64,000 nucleotides of DNA from a virus. A program made the translations under genes and the position numbers. Within the stretch, counting starts at the first letter, position 1; every line of letters starts with the position of its first letter. Positions 18,271-27,329 of the stretch are shown in pieces. A model generated the notes under the pieces. The model was not told the DNA's origin and searched no databases. It saw nothing but the letters and a program-made list of their open reading frames with translations. The stretch is from IMG/VR virus record IMGVR_UViG_3300033146_000407, positions 5,189 through 69,188 of that record; one strand, 5' to 3'.

Positions 18271-18804
18271 TCACTTAATAGCTTCTACATTCAAACTCAT
18301 AAGCATTCCGCAGTCTTTATCCATATGAGGTAGGTATGCTTGGGAGTAATCATCAACATCACTATGCTCAGTATCACTCCAATCGTACTCACACACCCCA
18401 ACAAAACCTACACTTAATAGTACTGAATACAATAACCTCTTAGTAAATACCATATAATGATGATCATACTCATTTTTTTGCCCCCCAACCAAAAAACCTA
18501 ATAGATAAGTTATATCATCATCAATATTAGTATAATAATCAACGACAGCATCAAAACTAGGAACTGATACTCTAAGAATACCGTTTGGTTTTAATACTCG
18601 ATACCACTCACGTAAAACATCCTCATAATCATTCCTACCTATATGTTCTAATACATGACAAGCGTATATCAACTCAACGCTATTATCATCAATGAAATGT
18701 AAATCTGTTATAGATTCTTGATAATCTATATGGTCAAATTCCTGTAAATCTATATGAACAAACCCATCGATGTATTTATCACCACAACCTAAATGTAATT
18801 TCAT
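18271..18804 (-). CDS. Class I SAM-dependent methyltransferase
   Basis: KLHLGCG, IYACHVLEH, EWYRVLKPNG.LRVSVP. Confidence 0.88.
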   Translation of the reverse strand: MKLHLGCGDKYIDGFVHIDLQEFDHIDYQESITDLHFIDDNSVELIYACHVLEHIGRNDYEDVLREWYRVLKPNGILRVSVPSFDAVVDYYTNIDDDITYLLGFLVGGQKNEYDHHYMVFTKRLLYSVLLSVGFVGVCEYDWSDTEHSDVDDYSQAYLPHMDKDCGMLMSLNVEAIK

Positions 18805-19571
18805 ACAATATCTCCTTTATTATATAACAATAAATCAACACAACCTATATGCGATGCCGCCGTAGAATAACTACTACCAAAACTACCATAAATTTTAGAG
18901 CATCTAGACAAACACAACATATCTATTATACCAGATTTTAAGTAATTAGCATCACTTCGAATATAACTAGTTTTTTTATATACTACAACCCTACCAGGAA
19001 ACATAGAAATTATATCACGTTCAGTGTTATTATCATCAGTAGCTAGAAAAAATATAACATTAGAATTTAATAAAATCTCTTTATTCATACTATCAATAAA
19101 GAACTGAATTGGTGTCATATTTGAGCTACCAGTAAAATCCCCTCTCCTAATATGAATGCCTATAAATAAATCAACACCAGACGATATAATATTAGAAGCC
19201 TTTATCATATATTCGTCTCTAAAATGCAACAAACTAAAATTATAATTATAATCATAAGGCAACGTCATAATAGATATACCACAAGACCTAATAACTATAT
19301 CATTATTCCCACCAATCATAGATTTTAACATATCAACAGTATCAATACTAGGTATCTCATCATAAACAACAGCATCACTAGGTAAGCTATATACAATATC
19401 CATTAATCTATCAGAAAATATAGAATCATAAGATAAAGGTATATACGACATAGTATTATGACGATCCCAATATAATGAAACTTCCTCATCAGCAATACGA
19501 CATAAATAATACACAGATAACATAACACGAATCATATTAGAAAACCCACCAAAAGGATTTATATACACCAT
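18801..19571 (-). CDS. Fucosyltransferase-superfamily glycosyltransferase (GT11/GT23-like)
   Basis: GGFSNMIR, motif I GIHIRRGDF, motif II FLATDD, motif III DMLCLSRC...GSFGSSYS. Confidence 0.82.
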   Translation of the reverse strand: MVYINPFGGFSNMIRVMLSVYYLCRIADEEVSLYWDRHNTMSYIPLSYDSIFSDRLMDIVYSLPSDAVVYDEIPSIDTVDMLKSMIGGNNDIVIRSCGISIMTLPYDYNYNFSLLHFRDEYMIKASNIISSGVDLFIGIHIRRGDFTGSSNMTPIQFFIDSMNKEILLNSNVIFFLATDDNNTERDIISMFPGRVVVYKKTSYIRSDANYLKSGIIDMLCLSRCSKIYGSFGSSYSTAASHIGCVDLLLYNKGDIV

Positions 19572-19580
19572 AAACACTCC

Positions 19581-20486
19581 CTAAAATTGACTAAACACAT
19601 CTTGTATATATCCCCCATCACACGCATCTTGTATATATCCCCCAGAACCCGTACCATCATACAAATACATATCAGTACCAAATACAACTCCAGCAGTCGT
19701 AGCAAATGAAGTTGATGTAGTAAAAGCAAACTTAGATTTTCCTATAGTAACCCAATCAGATATAGACTCTAAATCAACAAAATAAGCAGAATGCCTCATA
19801 GGATAGGCACTCAATATAATATTAAAATTAGATAATCTGTCAATAAGAATACGAACAACTTCTTCGGAATCCGAGGTAATGAATACATTACCAGATAATA
19901 TTCCCTTATCCAACAACACAGAATCTAACCTATCCATAAACATACTAAGTTTTGATAAATTACTATAATTTGAATCATAAAACGATCTAAACTGAACACT
20001 AATGTAATCAACTGAGTCATAATCAACGGTCTTCTTAGCTATATTATCTAATTTAGAATTAATACGAATTAAAGGAGACCAATAATATATAAGATAATCA
20101 TAATAAGAAGAACCACCAATACTAGAAAGCATAGACTCATATAAATCAGTGTAATTTTTATTATTTATTAAGTAATTACCACCCATATCAGTGCCATCAC
20201 CACACACAATAATATCCTCATCAAAATCAAGAATATTATACATTGCTGTTGGTATCATAGCTGAAGTAAAATTATTAGCTTCTGACGGGGAAAACTTTAT
20301 AGAAGATAACTCCGATATATCAACACTAGCATCTATAAAATCAAACCCATTAACCATATACCAATCAGTAACTATTAAAGATCTTCCAGTAAACACAGAT
20401 AGCATACAAACTCCAGCAAATGACCGTAATTGATTACCAAACCCACACCCACCTGGATTATTATATAATATATACTTAGTGCTAAT
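19581..20486 (-). CDS. Second fucosyltransferase-superfamily glycosyltransferase (GT23/GT37/GT68-like), probable ATT start
   Basis: In-frame extension upstream of the track start 20405 carries GCGFGNQLR; also ISVQFRS, FITSDS, DWVTIGKS...TSFA. Confidence 0.7.
   Translation of the reverse strand: MSTKYILYNNPGGCGFGNQLRSFAGVCMLSVFTGRSLIVTDWYMVNGFDFIDASVDISELSSIKFSPSEANNFTSAMIPTAMYNILDFDEDIIVCGDGTDMGGNYLINNKNYTDLYESMLSSIGGSSYYDYLIYYWSPLIRINSKLDNIAKKTVDYDSVDYISVQFRSFYDSNYSNLSKLSMFMDRLDSVLLDKGILSGNVFITSDSEEVVRILIDRLSNFNIILSAYPMRHSAYFVDLESISDWVTIGKSKFAFTTSTSFATTAGVVFGTDMYLYDGTGSGGYIQDACDGGYIQDVFSQF
19598..19644. repeat. 20-bp direct repeat, 27-bp period, duplicating GGYIQD at the C-terminus
   Basis: CATCTTGTATATATCCCCCA at 19598-19617 and 19625-19644. 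Confidence 0.85.
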
Positions 20487-21351
20487 AACAAAACTCCTTT
20501 AAATACAAATACACACATTTATACATATTATCTGAATTAAAATATGTATAAAACACTTCCTTAGCCCTCTCAGACATCTTCAACACATCTTCATCGCTAA
20601 ATGAATTTAATATTTCTGGTATCTTATCAACATCAGCCTCATTTATTGTAACCGAAAACTCATTCCAATCAAGCATAAAACTTAATGGTGGTTGCCAATC
20701 ATCCGATATAATAACTGGAATAGTACCAACCATCATACTTTCATATAATCTATAGGACGTTCTACCATAACCTCTAGGACATAAACTAAACTTAGAACGT
20801 TTTATAGTTTTAATATAATTAGACCTAAACTCAATATCATTATTATCAACACCCCAACCGGAATACCCCTCACATTCATTAGGATACAAATCTATTATTG
20901 TTTTCCGTATAGAATGAGTCCAATTAGCACCTTTAAATGAAAATAATAAATCCTTAACAACATCACCATCAATATCAGAAGCGACCGTAGTTCTAGGTAT
21001 ACCAATAAAATTTTTTAATGTATATGATGATTCAGGAGAAAATACTAAACTATCATCACCAAAATCATAAAAACAATCTAAATTATCAAAATTAACTATG
21101 TATACAGGATTAGATATTCCCACTCTAGCCTCATCGATAGTATCTTGAACTTCCTGTGAATAATTAACTCCACCAGCATACTTCTGCATATTATCAAAAA
21201 TAGTAAAATCAAGAATATTCACATCAAAATCTTTATACATATCAATATTATCATATATATGATTTATGATTGTAGTTGTTATCGCATCACCAGTCCATAA
21301 ACTATCAGTTATATCTTTGTTTATTGGATACTTCGTTTTAATTATTTCCAT
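20482..21351 (-). CDS. Exostosin-family glycosyltransferase (GT47)
   Basis: LFSFKG...HSIRK, SKFSLCPRGYG..SYRLYESM..GTIPVIISD....P....LDW. Confidence 0.88.
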   Translation of the reverse strand: MEIIKTKYPINKDITDSLWTGDAITTTIINHIYDNIDMYKDFDVNILDFTIFDNMQKYAGGVNYSQEVQDTIDEARVGISNPVYIVNFDNLDCFYDFGDDSLVFSPESSYTLKNFIGIPRTTVASDIDGDVVKDLLFSFKGANWTHSIRKTIIDLYPNECEGYSGWGVDNNDIEFRSNYIKTIKRSKFSLCPRGYGRTSYRLYESMMVGTIPVIISDDWQPPLSFMLDWNEFSVTINEADVDKIPEILNSFSDEDVLKMSERAKEVFYTYFNSDNMYKCVYLYLKEFCY

Positions 21352-23926
21352 TATTCAACCTTTTTATTATCCGATATAAAGATTTATGATTATTGTTTGT
21401 GGATTCCTCTAAAAACTTCATTATAACATCTCTATGTCTATTATTATCTACATCTCTCACCGTACTAGCATCGTTAATGAGATGTACGTGAGCATTCACA
21501 ATCTCTTTTCCACTAATACATATCATATCATCACTACCAAAATGAATAGATAAATTAGGATTATTATTCATCTTCCAGTAAGCAACATTAAACACATCCT
21601 CAAGTTCACCAAAAGTATAGTTACAAGTATCAACAGCTAACTCAAATGGTTTCTGTTCGAAGAATAAATCATCACTCATATAAGACTCCCACTCATCAAT
21701 AAACTCATCAGATCGAATTACTATCATACCAACATTATATTTGCCATACTTCTCTTCAGCAACCTTATCTATAAGATTATGACTAGTAGCCATAACATCA
21801 ATAGAGCTATTTGTAATATAGTCTAAAAACGTTTTACCAAAAGGAGACAACATTATCATGTCAGTATCCATAATAAAAGCATACCCATGTCTATCCATAG
21901 ACATTCGAGCGATATCCAATTTAGTCTTAACTAAATTATAAAATTTACGGTCTTCATTGGCATCAGCAAATCTATGAGATCCTTGTTCTTCAACTAATAC
22001 ATTACATTCAACATCACTGAATATAGGATCAGATAAAACTTCAGCGGTTTTAGCATCAGTAGATAATATCCATTTACAATTTTGATGATACTGTAACATT
22101 GATAATCTAAATAATAAAAATTCATTTATCACATTCTCAGTAACAACAGAACACACGTAAATATCATCATCCTTATAATCAACATTAATATATGGGTTAT
22201 AAGCGTAAGCATTATGAACGATGATGTTATCCTCCACTTTGTGATAAGAATAACACGAATTAACTAATAAATAAGGAGAAGGCAATTTAGTACTTTCATC
22301 ATAATTCCTAATAGCCGACTTATGATTGTGATATAATATAACATCATTAACAGGATTTAATACCGTATATCCAGCCTCTTTTATCAATAAAGCAATCTTA
22401 TTGTCACAGCCAAGAATACCCATAGTAAAATCTCCCGATATATCCTTAATTTTACCTTTAAATAACCAAGCATCTTGAGACCCGGCAGGATTTATATCCT
22501 GAACCCATGTTAAATTATCAGTAGATATAAGTTCTTTTCTACTAAGAACCCAAGACTCACCATAATCAATATAAGTTTTAATACGTTTCACGCTATCTTC
22601 TAATAAAAAACAATCAGAATTGATAATCATATTAATATCATCTTCATATGTCCTATCATTAATCATATCAAACATATGCGAATATGTAGGTCTATCATCA
22701 ACAGAAATTAATTTAACTTTTTTAATATTTAATATGGGATCATTTACTAATTTTTTATCATCTATAACTAAATATATATTATCAATCTCTTTATTTTCTA
22801 TCAATTTATTCAATGAAAATTTTAACTCTTCATTACGATTATCATCAGAATCAATATAATAATTATAATAAACATTAAATTTACCATTAAAATCAACCCC
22901 CTCAGATATAATATGTCTGATATGATGTTCTTGCCAATCAGCATCAGTCCGCAATTCAATTATTTCATAATTAGATAAATTTCTATTAATATTAAATCTA
23001 GGTATGGCTCCATCTAATAGATGCTTATTACGAACACCTTCAGGATCACTAATAATAAACTTATCAGGATCTATTATATCATAAACACTTTCTCTATTAG
23101 ACCGACAACCAACCATTACTTTATCAAATAAATGATCTTTTAAATAATCAGCAACATAATTAGCCCACATACGTTCATATTTAAGTTCACCTAACCAAGG
23201 ACCAACCATAAGAACTTTCTCTATATGGTTTGGTTTGTTTGGATGATCGTTAAACATAACAACACTACACTTCTCTGAATATGTAAATAAAAGAATATTA
23301 TCTTTAAAATCATTCTTCCACATACAATAATCAAATACTAATTGATCCCGCTTGGTATTATTCTTCGGTGAGATTTCTCCCCATACAGAATCACTAAACT
23401 TAATTAAATTTTCATCCTTAAATTTACGAACAGACAATCCAGTTTCAACCATAATAGTATATTCATCAGGATATCCAGAATTAAAATACCCCTCAACCTG
23501 ATTAATCATATCAGATTTAATATCTTTATTCAATGCTATATTAGCACCTAATTCTTCTTTAAGAGTTGATCTACTAGGATGTTTTTCAATATATAACGAT
23601 TTATCGGATTTAGATAAAGTATCAATAAACTTAACCAAATTTTTAGTATTAAATTTAGTAAAACTACAATCAACCCAAACCATAATATCATATTTATCAT
23701 GATCTAAATAAACATGAGGTTGCCATTTATAATAATATGAAGATCTAGCATTATCACCAGGAACTTCCATATCTTCAACATATCGAATATCCCACACACT
23801 AGACTCTAAACGCTTCATATTAGTATAGCATATCACATCAAACTTATCAATATCATAATCAAATGATGGTAGTATTGAATCGTAAGCCCCCATAATAGAC
23901 GTTACAATAGCAATCTTCTTATCCAT
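21338..23926 (-). CDS. Multi-domain glycosyltransferase (DUF616 domain plus further GT-like domains)
   Basis: DUF616 motifs GAYD, KWQPH, VWVD, HPSR, RDQL; then GPWLGE segment; then NSDCF...SQDAW...GCDN; then a C-terminal DTDM GT-A domain. Start moved to ATG 23926 (SD GGAG). Confidence 0.8.
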   Translation of the reverse strand: MDKKIAIVTSIMGAYDSILPSFDYDIDKFDVICYTNMKRLESSVWDIRYVEDMEVPGDNARSSYYYKWQPHVYLDHDKYDIMVWVDCSFTKFNTKNLVKFIDTLSKSDKSLYIEKHPSRSTLKEELGANIALNKDIKSDMINQVEGYFNSGYPDEYTIMVETGLSVRKFKDENLIKFSDSVWGEISPKNNTKRDQLVFDYCMWKNDFKDNILLFTYSEKCSVVMFNDHPNKPNHIEKVLMVGPWLGELKYERMWANYVADYLKDHLFDKVMVGCRSNRESVYDIIDPDKFIISDPEGVRNKHLLDGAIPRFNINRNLSNYEIIELRTDADWQEHHIRHIISEGVDFNGKFNVYYNYYIDSDDNRNEELKFSLNKLIENKEIDNIYLVIDDKKLVNDPILNIKKVKLISVDDRPTYSHMFDMINDRTYEDDINMIINSDCFLLEDSVKRIKTYIDYGESWVLSRKELISTDNLTWVQDINPAGSQDAWLFKGKIKDISGDFTMGILGCDNKIALLIKEAGYTVLNPVNDVILYHNHKSAIRNYDESTKLPSPYLLVNSCYSYHKVEDNIIVHNAYAYNPYINVDYKDDDIYVCSVVTENVINEFLLFRLSMLQYHQNCKWILSTDAKTAEVLSDPIFSDVECNVLVEEQGSHRFADANEDRKFYNLVKTKLDIARMSMDRHGYAFIMDTDMIMLSPFGKTFLDYITNSSIDVMATSHNLIDKVAEEKYGKYNVGMIVIRSDEFIDEWESYMSDDLFFEQKPFELAVDTCNYTFGELEDVFNVAYWKMNNNPNLSIHFGSDDMICISGKEIVNAHVHLINDASTVRDVDNNRHRDVIMKFLEESTNNNHKSLYRIIKRLNNGNN

Positions 23927-24638
23927 AAACCCGCTCCAAATCAATTTTGTATTCATATAATGGTATGTCAATTAACATAGATTTATTGTATTTATATAAC
24001 GTTTCTAAACAAAAATCATAGTCCTCCCCAGTACCATCACCTTTTCTACATAAAGAGACATTATAGGGCTCTTTCCATTCAATATCATCTAATACCTCCC
24101 TACGAATACAAACAACCCCTGTACCTATCCTAAAACCAAATTCAGCACCATAATACCGAGTATAATTCCACACACTAGCTAAATCTCCGAAAGGTAAATA
24201 TCGTTTTGTTAATTCATCGGATGTAACTACTCTAATCTTTGAGTAATCTATATCCAACATAGGGACGGGTCTATTAAAATTTATAGTATGATTCAATGCA
24301 ACAATATCATATTCTTCAAAATAATGCTTAACAACTTCCACTCGTTGAGGTGAGGGTATATCGTCATCATCTTGATATATAATTAAATCACCAGAAGTTA
24401 ACTCTTTTGTATGTGATCTATTATTTCCGGCACTAACCATTAATTTCTGAACATACAGCTTAACATTATCCATCTTCTGTATATCTATAAGTTTATCTAT
24501 AGATTCTTGAGTATCTACACCAGAAGCATTAATAACTATCTCATCAGGAACAACAGTGCCGGAATTATAAATATTAACGATATTTTTTAAATTATCAAAA
24601 CTTCTTGGTATAGAAGGTATATAAACACTAATTTTCAT
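23919..24638 (-). CDS. GT-A fold (GT2-like) glycosyltransferase
   Basis: KISVYIP, PDEIVI, AGNNRS, GDLIIYQDDDD, GEDYDF. Confidence 0.82.
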   Translation of the reverse strand: MKISVYIPSIPRSFDNLKNIVNIYNSGTVVPDEIVINASGVDTQESIDKLIDIQKMDNVKLYVQKLMVSAGNNRSHTKELTSGDLIIYQDDDDIPSPQRVEVVKHYFEEYDIVALNHTINFNRPVPMLDIDYSKIRVVTSDELTKRYLPFGDLASVWNYTRYYGAEFGFRIGTGVVCIRREVLDDIEWKEPYNVSLCRKGDGTGEDYDFCLETLYKYNKSMLIDIPLYEYKIDLERVYG

Positions 24639-24667
24639 CAATACAACCTTAATAATAAATATCAACT

Positions 24668-24696
24668 AGTATATAACAAATATAATAATTTGTCAA
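24668..24696 (-). promoter_or_regulatory. sigma70-type promoter of the glycosylation operon
   Basis: TTGACA-N17-TATACT. Confidence 0.8.
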
Positions 24697-24697
24697 T

Positions 24698-24731
24698 AAA
24701 AAAGAGTGGAAAATTTCTCTTCCACTCTTTT
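24698..24731. terminator. Intrinsic terminator
   Basis: AAAAGAGTGGAA...TTCCACTCTTTT. Confidence 0.8.
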
Positions 24732-24753
24732 ACTTATATATATTTTAATATAT

Positions 24754-26136
24754 CTATTTAGTATCACCAAACTTGGATGGAGCATTAGCACCAATAGCAG
24801 ATGATAATCTAAATAAAGGAGTAGCATCTTCATTATCAATAATGGTATTCACCCATTCTAATGAATCATCAACTGGTCCTCTATTAGCAGTCTCTACATG
24901 TGCATCAATCTCTTTAATTGGAGCCTTAGATACCCAATCACTAATATACTTAATAGCATCATCTATCATGTATTTAGAAGCAACCTCACCAAGTTCACCT
25001 TTTTGATCACCTTCTTGGTCTAACTCATTAGCCATAGCTTTACCTTTAGGTTTCATTTCTATTGGATCATTGCTTTCAGAAAAAAAACTAAGACCATCAA
25101 TATACTTACGACCTTCACCGATAGAAGGTTCTTCTTCATCTTCTAACTCTTTAGATTTTTTGTTAGTAGAAAAATCTTCATCTTCGTCTTCATCAGAATC
25201 ACTCTTGTCGTCAAGCTTGGCTAACAGATCTTCAATATCGCTCCACACAACATCGTCATCGTTTGAATCATCTACCTCATCAAGAGATTCTTTATCACCC
25301 TTACCTTTTTTAAGAAAAAGCTTATCTTCTTCAACTTCAGATTCATCAATTTCCTCTTCTTCAGATTCGATAAGTTTATCTAAAACTCCCTCATAAAGAC
25401 TAACGTCTTCAGTATAACCAAAGGACTCCTCAAGATCTTCTTCAGATTCTTCTTCAATAGGACCCATACGATCAGTATGCTTCTTAATAGCTTCGATATC
25501 ATCACTAGTAGCTTCATCCACATCTTCACGCTCTTTGTTCTTATCCATTTTAGATTTAAACTCTTTAGAGTCGTAATAAGCCATAAGTTCTTCATATTCC
25601 TGATCAGTCAGTCCACCCTCAGATTCATCAAGATCTTCCGATTCAGTATCCTCTTCATCAAGAACAACCGAAGGCTCTTTCGGTAAACTCTTCTTTTTTG
25701 ATTTACGAGTTTTCTTTTTCTTTTTAGGAGTAGCAGCTTCAAGTTCTAATAAATCATCCTCATCCTCTTCAACATCAACACTCATAGCTGGAATATCAAT
25801 AGATTCTTTACCTGGTGCATGTTTACTTTTATCAATAGGAGAATTCTCATGAGTATGAATCACGATTTTAATATCACCCTCATTCATATTATTAATAGAT
25901 TTAACTAAACTATTAATATTCTCATTAACATAATCAACATCAATACCATCAGGTGCTGTTGATTCGTTAGTGAAGTATTCTTTTAAATTAAGAATAGCTT
26001 CTTTTTTACTCGTATACATACCATTAAACGCCATAGCAATAGTATGATTCTTCTTTTGTTCCATAGCCTCTGCTACTTGACGAACTCCGTCAACATTAAC
26101 ATTACTATAGCCTTCTAATAATTCTAGAAAATCCAT
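24754..26136 (-). CDS. Acidic probable prohead core/internal head protein
   Basis: Late promoter; many [LIV]xE-[SAG] sites (LLEG, LDES, VDEA, LEES, LYEG, LIES, IDES). Confidence 0.6.
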   Translation of the reverse strand: MDFLELLEGYSNVNVDGVRQVAEAMEQKKNHTIAMAFNGMYTSKKEAILNLKEYFTNESTAPDGIDVDYVNENINSLVKSINNMNEGDIKIVIHTHENSPIDKSKHAPGKESIDIPAMSVDVEEDEDDLLELEAATPKKKKKTRKSKKKSLPKEPSVVLDEEDTESEDLDESEGGLTDQEYEELMAYYDSKEFKSKMDKNKEREDVDEATSDDIEAIKKHTDRMGPIEEESEEDLEESFGYTEDVSLYEGVLDKLIESEEEEIDESEVEEDKLFLKKGKGDKESLDEVDDSNDDDVVWSDIEDLLAKLDDKSDSDEDEDEDFSTNKKSKELEDEEEPSIGEGRKYIDGLSFFSESNDPIEMKPKGKAMANELDQEGDQKGELGEVASKYMIDDAIKYISDWVSKAPIKEIDAHVETANRGPVDDSLEWVNTIIDNEDATPLFRLSSAIGANAPSKFGDTK

Positions 26137-26158
26137 AAGGAACTCCCTTTTAATTTTT

Positions 26159-26166
26159 TATTTATA
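26159..26166 (-). promoter_or_regulatory. Late promoter TATAAATA
   Basis: Exact motif. Confidence 0.75.
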
Positions 26167-26174
26167 AACAGATC

Positions 26175-26318
26175 TTAAAAAAAAAGTTCTGTTATTGTTT
26201 CGTCATCATCGTCATCGTCTTCGTCATCATTTAAATCATAATACGAAATATATTCTTCAAAATCTTCAATATCATTTTCATCATATTGATAATCATCATA
26301 GTTAGATCTAATAGTCAT
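26175..26318 (-). CDS. 47-aa hyper-acidic microprotein (below the ORF-track cutoff)
   Basis: MTIRSNYDDYQYDENDIEDFEEYISYYDLNDDEDDDDDETITELFF*, SD GGTGG, fills the gap after regA. Confidence 0.6.
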   Translation of the reverse strand: MTIRSNYDDYQYDENDIEDFEEYISYYDLNDDEDDDDDDETITELFF

Positions 26319-26330
26319 ATAATACCACCA

Positions 26331-26729
26331 TCACACATTTAAATTATGTCTACTTCTAAGAGTAAACAAATTAATTTTATGATGAATTGACCAATCGTCT
26401 TTATCATCGTGAGGTAATACAAAAACAAAACTATCATGAGGTTCTATGAATTTATCTTCAATATCAATAAGACCCCAATTTTTCAAACAAAACGCTATGC
26501 TATTACGCCTAAGTATATCCTGTTCATCAATATTATCATAAGCATCATCTCTACTCATCATAAACAACTGCTTAAAATGAACTAAATAAGAATGATCATC
26601 ATCCTCATAAACATAACAGCTAGGGAATAACACTTTATCTTTTTTATTAGCTATACCCATTCGATTCAACGTCTCTTGTATAACCTTTTTATCTACTAGC
26701 AATTTAACTTTCAATAGCTTCATATACAT
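26331..26729 (-). CDS. regA: T4-type translational repressor RegA
   Basis: ETLNRMGIANKKDKVLFPSC, YLVHFKQLF, RRNSIA..LKNWGLI match T4 RegA blocks. Confidence 0.93.
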   Translation of the reverse strand: MYMKLLKVKLLVDKKVIQETLNRMGIANKKDKVLFPSCYVYEDDDHSYLVHFKQLFMMSRDDAYDNIDEQDILRRNSIAFCLKNWGLIDIEDKFIEPHDSFVFVLPHDDKDDWSIHHKINLFTLRSRHNLNV

Positions 26730-26763
26730 TCTCCAATATTTGTCACACTTTATAATTCTAAAC

Positions 26764-26771
26764 TATTTATA
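26764..26771 (-). promoter_or_regulatory. Late promoter TATAAATA upstream of regA
   Basis: aatttaTATAAATA. Confidence 0.7.
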
Positions 26772-26783
26772 TAAATTAATAGT

Positions 26784-27320
26784 TTATTCCAACATCAAAC
26801 CAATACCATCCTCTGTCGTTAGATTAAAGGCACAGTCTTCAGTTAATATAAATAATATATCCTCATCTTGATATTTAGGGACCCATACACCAGCACAGTA
26901 GTATTCACATTGAACTGATGTTGCTGATGTAGGACAACAAGTCCGAACACCAATTTTAGCCACTCCAGAAGTTGGTCCACATAAACCAACACCAATTTCA
27001 GCAGTAGGTATAGTACAATCGAAATCATAATCAGTCACAAATTGATGAGTCAATCCAAAAACTCTTGAACCATATATAACATACGAATGATCAATCTTAT
27101 GATAGATAAATACATCTTCAGCAACAATACGGAACCAACAAGGTACAGACCACTCACTCTCTTGTCCTGTTTGGGGGTTTTTCGCTTTAACTCGCCACCA
27201 ATACACCGTATAGTGCTCTAAACCCTTTTCGAGCTCAGATTGTGTCACATTTTGAACTACTTTATTTACTGTTAGTTCATGAAAATCCTCATATAATGAT
27301 ACTTGTAATATATAATACAT
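26784..27320 (-). CDS. Putative virion protein with FN3-like segment and Cys-rich C-terminus
   Basis: LEHYTVYWWRVKA.N....SEWS; CGPTSG, TCCPTSATSVQC; terminal LTTEDG..LMLE. Confidence 0.6.
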   Translation of the reverse strand: MYYILQVSLYEDFHELTVNKVVQNVTQSELEKGLEHYTVYWWRVKAKNPQTGQESEWSVPCWFRIVAEDVFIYHKIDHSYVIYGSRVFGLTHQFVTDYDFDCTIPTAEIGVGLCGPTSGVAKIGVRTCCPTSATSVQCEYYCAGVWVPKYQDEDILFILTEDCAFNLTTEDGIGLMLE

Positions 27321-27329
27321 ATAGTTTCC

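Noticed and set aside
17353-24638. GT cluster as DNA hypermodification or host serotype conversion
   Set aside because: Not excluded but disfavoured: no base hydroxymethylase or T4-type DNA glucosyltransferase adjacent, and no GtrA/B-type flippase or membrane GT
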